From the human T2T-CHM13v2.0 reference genome, Homo sapiens, in assembly GCF_009914755.1 (NCBI RefSeq), contig NC_060948.1: a DNA stretch of 64,000 bases; one strand, given 5' to 3'. The notes beneath the pieces were generated by a model that was given only the letters and a program-made list of their open reading frames with translations, had not been told where the DNA came from and searched no databases. Position 1 is the first letter of the stretch; the number at the start of each line of letters is the position of its first letter. This document shows, in pieces, positions 52,460 to 64,000 of the stretch. Position numbers and translations under genes: made by a program.

Positions 52460-55400
52460 TGGATTTTTTCCCACATTTGAGATGGGGGCATATTGCTGAG
52501 TCCAGCATCTAGTTAATGTGACTCTAATTCCTATACACTCCCTAGAGAGGACATTGGGACATGTTACTTGGCACAGCACCTAAGTAACGTTACCCTCCTG
52601 CCTAGTTTTTTGCCCACAAATGGGACTATGACATATACCTTATTTCAGTTTACAGGCATAATGGTCAAACTTAAACTTGGATACAGACAATAGGAGATAT
52701 TTTGCCTTTCATCACTAGGCATAGGGCAATAAGTAAGGTCCTTGGTTGCATATTTGTAGAACGCTCACAGAACTTTACAACACTAACTCATAATGTATAA
52801 GTTGCTTGATTGGTACAGAGAGTTTCATGACAGGGACCAGCAGAAAATTCAGATTGGGACCTTCAATTACATGCCCAGGTAAAAGCAAATGTTGTCACCA
52901 TCCCACATGTCCAAAGCCCACTGTTAACATCGTGAGTCTAACAAGTGAATACAGTACCAGGTTGGAATTTTGACCTTCATATGTGGATCTGGCCACAGGT
53001 GGGATGGTGACTTATTTCTGTTTCCAGCTCATAGGCATAATAATGGGTCTCATACCTAAAACCATCCCACATAAAAGATGTTTACTATTATCCATGGGTT
53101 TAGGGATATAGGTAAGCTCATGAATCCCTCTGAGCACATAGGCTTCAGAGTAGTTTGCAACCCTGATGCATGCTGTATAAAGCCTTCAAATGTTGTAGAG
53201 TGTCATACAATAGCCCAAAGAACACATGATATTGTGAATCTCATATACACACCCAGCTCAATTTAATGATATCACCCACAAAAACAAAAGATTTGACCTA
53301 TTACTAGGCCTAGTACCCAGGTGTTGAGACTTTTTGGCTTAATTTTTTCCCCATAGATGCATTTTGACATATTGCAGGGTTAGAATCATAATCTTGTTAC
53401 TTCTGCCTGGACCCTGCAAACAAGGGATATTATCACATATCTCTGGGCCTAAGAGATAGGTGATTTGTCTCTCCTGCCTGTACCCACCCCCAGAGTACAT
53501 GGTGAAATATCATTTGACCAAACATCTAGGTCATGTGACTCTCTTCTCCTGACGGGGTCCTGCTTACCACAGATGTGGTGACATACCACTGATTACAAAA
53601 CATAGGTGATGTGACTCTCCTTCATATCCTAAACTCTGTCAAGAGAGGGAATTATTACATTTTGCAGAGCCCAACATCTACTGATTTGACCCTTCTGACT
53701 AGGCCCAGCCTACAAATGAGACCATATTGTGTCAGTGGCTCAGTACCCAGGTTATGTGACTCTCCCACATTGTCCCAGCTCATAGGTGAAAGTGTGACAT
53801 ATAACTGGGATAAGCACACATGTGCAATAATGACTCTCATTCCTGGACCCAGCCAGTAGGGATGGTGTGACTCTCATAGCCAGTTGCACTGCCATGGGTA
53901 AGGTCCTGGGTTTTTCACTTGCATAATATTCATGAAGGATTATAACGCTGTGGTATATCATATAAAGCCTTATTGGTACATAACAGCGTCATAACAGTGT
54001 CATAACAGAGAACAGCAACCAGGTGAGAACGTGACTCTTGTATGCACACCTAGCTGACACGGTAGTCATTCTGACACATAAACAGGGCCTAGGAATGTGA
54101 TACTAAATCTCACTCATAAAAAGCAGTCAAAGCTTGAAATAATTACTATAGTACATGGATCTGATTCACAGGTAGTTTGGTAATATTTGAAACATGATTC
54201 AGCACACTTGTGATGCTCTGACTCTCCTACTGGAACATGATATTCAAGTAGGATTGAGGCTACTATACATGGATCTTGCCCATGGTTGGGATTGTGACTC
54301 CTCTACTTCGACCCAACTCATAGAAAGAGTTAACTCAAATACACAAAACCAGGATTCATGTGCGATAAAAAACATATTTCTCAATGTTTCTAAGAGTATG
54401 ATTGAGACAGGTAAATTTGCCCAGCATATGAATAATTTGACAGTCTCTTCTAGGCCAAAGCCTAGAATGAAATTGTGCCATACGTGGAACAGACACGTAA
54501 GCCATGTATAACACCTTCTTTGGCTATGCCTACAAAATGACACTTTTATATATTCCTGGACCATCACCTGGGTAAAGTGAATTATCTGCCTGAAACCTGC
54601 CTGCAAATAGAATTGTGTCTCGTATCTCGGTCCATCATGTATGTGATGTGACAACCTTATACTGCCTTGGACAAGCACTTACAGTACATTGTGACACATA
54701 AGTGTGCAATGCACCCAGGTGATGTGATTCTCCTTCCTGGGATCTGCCAACAGGAAGCATTGTAATGTATCACTTGGCTCAACACCTAAGTTGTGTTTCT
54801 TTTTTGCTTTAGCCTTTGTCTTGATTACAGGGAGATTGTGACATATTGTTGGGTCCAGCACCAATGTGTGATCATGCTCCAGGTTTGGTACTGTACAGAA
54901 AAGACACTATGAAATATACCTAGGCCAGTTGCCTAAGTGAATTGTGTCTCCTCTTTTTCCAAAGTCCTGCCCACAGAGGAGTTTTTGATATGTCACTGAA
55001 ACCAGCAGCCAGGTGATGTGACTTTCCCACAAAGACCTTCACACAAGGGGTATTGTGACATCTCGCAGGACCCACACCCAAGTAGGTGATTTGACTTTCT
55101 TGCCTTCTCTGTGTCCACAGGTGATATTGTGCCATATATCTGACACCATAATAAAAGCCTTATAACAACTCATATACCTGGAGCCAGAACATGTGCAAGA
55201 TAATGACTCTTATTTCTAAACCTCCCCACAAGTATAATTGTGACATAAACCTTTTCCCAGCTCCAGAATGATTTAATAATTTGCCAGGTATAGCCCACAA
55301 AAGAGATTTTGACATATACCTGGGCCAAGCACCTTGGTGATTTGACTGTGCTAGTACAATCCTCAGCGGGGATTGTGATAGATTTCTGGACCCATCAACT

Positions 55401-57989
55401 AGGTTACGGGACTCTCCTCTACCCTCTACTGCCTGTATTCTGCTTCCTTTGGTAATTGTAGCATTTCTAAACACTGCACCCAAGTGATATGACTACTGTG
55501 CTTGGGCCCTGTTAACAGGAGGCATTGTTACAAATTTTTGGGCCCACCATTTAGGTGAAATGTCTCTACTCTCCTGCTCTGACACCTCACACAAAGGACA
55601 CTGTGCAACATATTTGGACCTAGCACAAAAGTTTGGTGGCATTTCTGACAAAGCTTTGCCTACAAAGAGAATATTGGAATAATTCTGGCCCGGCATTTCA
55701 ATAATATGGCTGTTCCACCTGCTTCATAGCCATACAGAGGATTGTAATATGTACCTAGGCATGGTTCAAAGGAATGATGATGATTGTCATATGGGGATTC
55801 AGCTAACAGAGGTTATTTTGACTCTTATAACCAAGTTTAGGTACATGCATGATATCCTGAATAACGTTCTTATACAAATGCCACAAAAGATTACAACATT
55901 CGCATATATTTTACAAAGTCTTTGGGTTATAGAGACAGAGTTGTAGCAGGGCTCAGAACACAGGTTAAATTGTGAGTCTTGCATGCACACCCAGCTGACA
56001 GTAAAGGCTGTCATCATCTCACACGGATAAAGCCAAATGTCACACATGAAAAAAAGGATATGTGGGGTACTGTAAATCTCACCTTTGCAATTATCTGACA
56101 CTGTGATTGTGATATAAATCTTTGCCAAGCACCTGTATAATTTGACTCTGCAGACTTATTCCGGCCCAAATATGGTATTGTGCTATCTAGCTAGGCCAAC
56201 CTCAAGGTGATGTTATTCTCCTGCCTGGGCCCTTCTCTAAGTAAGGATGGTGACATACATCTGAATCTAGCACCCAGCTGATGTTACATTCTTGCCTGTG
56301 CCATGTCCACCAAAATTATTGCATATATTTCTATGCCCCCATTATAGGTGATGTATCTCTGCTCTCTGGAATGGGCCATACACAAAGGATGGATAATGAC
56401 ATATTGCAAGGCCAGGCACACAGTTGAGGGTACTATTTTGCCAAAGCCATGTTCAAGGGAGGGCACTGTGATTTATATCCAGGCCTGTCACCTGGGTTAT
56501 ATGGCTCTCCTGCTTGGGCCTTGCCAACCTGGAGTAATATATTTCTAGGCCAGGCACACAGTTGATGGTACTCTTTTGCCAGGACTATACTTCATAGAGG
56601 ACATTGTGACATACCTTGGGGTCTACCGCCTAGATGAAGTGGCTCCCTCCTTTAGACCTACCCAAATAAAACATTGTGGAATAAGCAGAAAATCTACACC
56701 TAGATGATGTAACTCTTTGCTGGGTGCTGTCCTAAGAGAGCCTTGTGACATATCTCAGGACCCAGCACCCAAGTGATGTGGCTCCCCTACCTGGTTTCTG
56801 TCTATGTGTTACATTGTGACATATTTCTAGGGAAGCACGTAGATGATATGACTCTCCTCATCTACCTGAGCCTCGCCTACTGGAGATATTGGACATATCT
56901 CTGAGCCCATGACCTAAGTGATATGATGTTCTTTGTCTGCCTGGACCTTCACAATAGAAGGATTTTGGCACATTGCTGAGCCCAGCACTCAGGATAGGTG
57001 ACTCACCTCTTTTTCCTAATCCATGCCCACAAAATAACAAATTTTGACTTATTGCATGGCCCAGCACCCAGATGATGTTACTCTTTAGTGTGGGTTCTGC
57101 ATAAAGAAAAATTGATGGCATATTGCATATTGCTGGGCCCAGCACCCTTACAATGTGTCTCTCCTGCCTATACTGGAGCCACCGAAGGTTTTTGTTTGTT
57201 TGTTTGTTTGTTTGTTTTGACATATCTTGGGCCCACTATGTAGGTGTTTTGGCTCTCATAACTTGGCTGGATTTTTTCCACAAGTGGGACGGTATCATAT
57301 TGCTGGGTTGAGTACCCAGCTAATGTGACCCAATTTATCATACCCTGCCTAGAGAAGGCATTGTGACACAGCATCACAAGGCACTGTGACACAGTATCTA
57401 AGTGATGTTACCCTCCTGCCTAGTTTTATGCCCACAAATAGGATTATGACATATACCTTGCTTCAATTCACAGGCATGATGATCAAACTTATATTTGGAT
57501 TCAGCCAATAGGAGATATTTTGCCTCTCATTGCTAAGCTTAGGGCAATAGATAAACTCTGGGGTTGCATATATATTCAAAGCTGACAGAAGCTTACAACA
57601 CTAACTTATATTGTATAACCTCTTTGTTGGTAGGGAGTTTCACAACAGGACCCCACAAAAAGATTAGATTGGGACTTTCAGTTATGCACCCAGGTGAAAT
57701 TACAAGTTTTCACCATCCCACATTTACAAAGCCCACTTTTGAAGTCCTGAGTGTAACAAGGAAATACAGCAGAGGTGGAATTGTGACTTTTATATGTTGA
57801 TCTGGCCACATGTGGAAAGATGACTCATTTCTGGACCCAGCCCACAGACATAATAATGGGTCTTCTCCCTTAACCCTGACTATAGGAGAGATGTTGACTA
57901 TCAAACTTAGGCTTAGGACAATATGTAAGATTGTAAGTCCATATGAGCACCTAGGCCTCAGAGAGGTTTACAATCTTCATGGAGGTTTT

Positions 57990-58312
57990 TTTCTTTTTTT
58001 TCTTTTTTTTTTCTTTTTTTTTTTTTTTCTTGAGATGAACTCTCACTCTGTCACCCAGGCTGGAGTGCAGTGATGTGATCTCAGCTTACTGTGACATCTT
58101 TCCTATGAGTTCAAGCGATTCTTTTGCCTCAGCTTCCAAAGTAGCTGGGATTAAAGGTGCCTGCCACCACATCTGGCCAATTTTTTGTATTTTTAGTAGA
58201 TACGGGGTTTCACCATCTTGGTCAGATGGGTCTTGAACTCCTGACCTCGTGATCTACCCACCTCAGCCTCCCAAAGTGCTGGGATTACAGGCATGAGCCA
58301 CCATACCTTGCC
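57990..58312 (-). mobile_element. Alu (AluS-like)
   Basis: TSD TCTTC(a/c)TG(g/c)AGGTTTT flanks an antisense Alu. Confidence 0.94.
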
Positions 58313-58779
58313 TCTTCCTGCAGGTTTTATAAAGCCCTGAGATGTTGTACAGAGTTTCATATATTGACCCAGCTCACATGTTTCTAATATACACCCTCAC
58401 CTAAAAGTTAAAAGTGTCAACCTCAAAAATCATGAGATTGTGTCATGTCACTGGGCCTAATATCGAGGTGTTGTGAGATTGTGGCTTAATTTTTTTTTCC
58501 ATGGGCGCATTCTTACATATCACTTGGTCAGAATAATAATAATGTTACTCTTTTGCAGGAGCCTTGTCAACAGGGGATATTATCACATATCGCTGGGCCT
58601 ATCAGCTAGGTGATATGCCTCTCCAGCCCGTGCTCAACCCCCTGAGGACATTTAGAAATATCGCTGAAACTAGCATCTAGGAAGTGTAATTCTCTTCCCC
58701 TGCCTGAGTATTGCTTGTCAAAGGAATTGTGACATATGATTGATTACAAAACCTAGGTGGTATTTCTCTCTTCTCCATT

Positions 58780-60830
<2,051 letters not shown>

Positions 60831-60849
60831 GTTTCCCTACGTTTTTTCT

Positions 60850-63800
60850 TTTAAAATTTTTTATATTTATTTATTTATTTATTTTATAATACAACAGTAT
60901 TTTTCTCTTTTTTTAATTACACTTTAAGTTTTAGGGTACATGTGTACAACATGCAGGTTAGTTATATATGTATATGTGTGCCATGTTGGTGTGCTGCATC
61001 CATTATCTCGTCATTTAACATTAGGTATATCTATCTCCTAATGCTATCCCTCCCCCCTCGCCCCACGCCACAACAGGCCATGGTGTGTGATGTTCCTCTT
61101 CCTGCGTCCATGTGTTCTCATTGTTCAATTCCCACCTATGAGTGAGAACTTGCGGTGTTTGGTTCAGTTCCCATCTATGAGTGAGAACTTGAGATAGTTT
61201 GCTGAGAATGATGGTTTCCAGTTTCATCCATGTCCCTGCAAAGGACATGAACTCATCCTGTTTTATGGCTGCGTAGTATTCCATGGGATATATGTGCCAC
61301 ACTTTCTTAATCCAGTCTATCATTGTTGGACATTTGGGTTGGTTCCCAGTCTTTGCTATTGTGCATAGTGCCTCAATAAGCATATGTGTGCATGTGTCTT
61401 TATAGCAGCATGATTTATAGTCCTTTGGGTATATACGCAGTAATGGGATGGCTGGGTCAAATGGTATTTCTAGTTCTAGTTCCCTGAGGAATCACCACAC
61501 TGACTTCCACAATGGTTGAACTATATTATGTCCCACCAACAGTGTAAAAGTGTTCCTATTCTCCACAACCTCTCCAGCATCTGTTGTTTCCTGACTTTTT
61601 AATGATCGCCATTCTAACTGGTGTGAGGTGGTATCTCATTGTGGTTTTGATTTGCATTTCTCTGATGGCCAGTGATGATGAGCATTTTTTCATGGTTTTT
61701 TGGCTGCGTAAATGTCTTCTTTTGAGAAGTGTCTGTTCATATTCTTCGCCCACATTTTGATGGGGTTGTTTGTTTTTTTCTTGTAAATTTGTTTGAGCTC
61801 ATTGTAGATTCTGGATATTAGTCCTTTTTCAGATGAGTAGATTGCAAAAATTTTCTCCCATTCTGTAGGTTGCCTGTTCTCTCTGATGGTAGTTTCTTTT
61901 GCTGTGCAGAAGCTCTTCAGTTTAATTAGATCCCATTTGTCAATTTTGTCTTTTGTTGCCATTGCTTTTGGTGTTTTAGACATGAAGTCCTTGCCCTTGC
62001 CTAGGTCCTGAATGGTATTGCCTAGGTTTTCTTCTAGGGATTTTATGGTTTTTGGTCTAACATTTAAGTCTTTAATCCATCTTAACTTAATTTTTGTATA
62101 AGGTGTAAGGAAGGAATCCAGTTTCAGCTTTCTACATATGGCTAGCCAGTTTTCCCAGCACCATTTATTGAATGCGGAATCCTTTCCCCATTTCTTGTCT
62201 TTGTCAGGTTTGTCAAAGATCAGATAGTTGTGGATGTGTGGTATTATTTCTGAGGGCTCTGATCTGTTCCAATGGCCTAGATCTCTGTTTTGGTACCAGT
62301 ACCATGCTGCTTTGGTTACTGTAGCCTTGTAGTATAGTTTGAAGACAGGTAGCATGATGTCTCCAGCTTTGTTCTTTTGGCTTAGGATTGACTGGGCAAT
62401 GCAGTCTCTTTTATGGTTCCATATGAACTTTAAAGTAGTTTTTTCCAATTCTGTGCAGGAAGTCATTGGTAGCTTCATGGGGATGGCATTGAATCTACAA
62501 ATTACCTTGGGCAGTATGGCCATTGTCACGATATTGATTCTTCCTATCCATGAGCATGGAATGTTCTTCCATTTGTTTGTGTCCTCTTTTATTTCACTGA
62601 GCAGTGGTTTGTAGTTCTACTTGAAGACGTCCTTCACATCCCTTGTAAGTTGGATTCCTAGGTATTTTATTCTCTTTGAAGCAATTGTGAATGACAGTTC
62701 ACTCATGATTTGGCTCTCTGTTTGTCTCTTATTGGTGTATAAGAATGCTTGTGATTTTTGCACATTTCTTTTGTGTCCTGAGACTTTGCTGAAGTTGCTG
62801 ATCAGCTTAAGGAGATTTTGGGCTGAGATAATGGGGTTTTCTAGATATACAATCATGTCATCTGCACACAGGGACAATTTGACTTCCTCTTTTCCTAATT
62901 GAAAATCCTTTATTTCCTTCTCCTGCCTAATTGCCCTGGCCAGAACTTCCAACACCATGTTGAATAGGAGTGGTGAGAGAGGGCATCCCTTTCTTGTGCC
63001 AGTTTTCAAAGGGAATGCTTCCAGTTTTTGCCCATTGAGTATAAGATTGGCTGTGGGTTTTTCATAATTAGCTCTTATTATTTTTAGATACGTCCTGTCA
63101 ATACCTAATTTATTGAGAGTTTTTAGCATGAAGTGCTGTTGAATTTTGTCAAAGACCTTTTCTGCATCTATTGAGATAATCATGTGGTTTTTGCCTTTGT
63201 TTCTTTTCTGTTTATATGCCGGATTACGTGTATTGATTTTCATATGTTGAAACAGCCTTGCATCCCAGGGATGAAGCCCACTTGATCATTGTGGATAAGC
63301 TTTTTGATGTGCTGTTGGATATGGTTTGCCAGTATTTTATTGAGGATTTTTGCATAGATATTCATCAGGGATATTGTTCTAAAATTCTCTTTTTTGGTTG
63401 TGTCTCTGCCAGGCTTTGGTGTTAGGGTGATGTTGGCCTCATAAAATGAGTTAGGGAGGATTTCCTCTTTTTCTATTGATTGGACTAGTTTCAGAAGGAA
63501 TGGTACCAGCTCCTCCTTGCACCTCTGGTAGAATTCGGCTGTGAATCCATCTGGTCCTGGACTTTTTTTTGTTGGTAAGCTGTTAATTATTGCCTCAAAT
63601 TCAGAGCCTATTATTGGTCTATTCAGAGATTCAACTTCTTCCCGGTTTAGTCTTGGGAGGGTGTATGTGTCAAGGAATTTATCAATTTCTTCTAGATTTT
63701 CTAGTTTATTTGCCTAGAGGTGTTTGTAGTATTCTCTGAAGGTAGTTTGTATTTCTGTGGGATCAGTTGTGATATCCCCTTTATCATTTTTTATTGCATC

Positions 63801-64000
63801 TATTTGATTCTTCTCTCTTTTCTTCTTTATTAGTCTTGCTAGTGGTCTATCAGTTTTGTTGATCTTTTCAGAAAACCAGCTCCTGGAATCATTGGTTTTT
63901 TGAAAGGCTTTTTATGTCTCTATCTCCTTCAATTCTGCTCTGACCTTAGTTATTTCTTGCCTTCTGCTAGTTTTTGAATGTGTTTGCTCTTGCTTCTCTA
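60850..64000 (-). mobile_element. L1PA element (roughly L1PA4-6), 3' end at left, continuing past the window end
   Basis: Canonical antisense 3' UTR (ACTTTAAGTTTTAGGGTACATGTG), T-rich tail, continuous ORF2 homology. Confidence 0.95.
61125..64000 (-). pseudogene. L1 ORF2 (RT and C-terminal domain), frameshifted
   Basis: ORF fragments 62617-63243 ([26 protein letters not shown]), 61690-62529, 61556-61753 and 61021-61383. Confidence 0.93.

Noticed and set aside
52043-52579. Overlapping ORFs resembling database 'hypothetical proteins'
   Set aside because: Alu-derived translations; the same applies to 11184-11405, 25156-25500 and 59087-59386.
61690-63243. 279-aa and 208-aa ORFs as an active L1 ORF2
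   Set aside because: Broken by frameshifts and stops, with FADD changed to CADD. An ordinary dead L1PA.

Overview
Primate (human-like) repeat-only genomic DNA. I find no intact protein-coding gene, RNA gene or CRISPR array. 1-9347 is a near full-length but dead HERV9/LTR12 provirus (gag-pro-pol-env all disrupted), nested in the LTR of an older, opposite-strand ERV1 provirus. About 11.9-20.7 kb is a graveyard of old L1, MSTA, MLT2A/HERV-L, MER61-type ERV, Alu and a twin-primed inverted L1. About 20.7-58.8 kb is a ~38-kb complex, diverged beta-satellite (BSR/Beta) block. It is organised in tiers: ~35-bp half units, ~70-bp monomers, ~5-7-kb blocks and one ~13-15-kb tandem duplication. It carries copy-specific insertions: a solo LTR22 (HML-5), a multiply deleted HML-8/MER11 provirus and several Alus. 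The window ends in old L1 and an L1PA element on the minus strand. I see no evidence of a novel protein-based system; the most interesting signal is the satellite architecture and the rearrangement history it records. Family names are recalled from consensus sequences, not from a database search, and boundaries of old elements are approximate.
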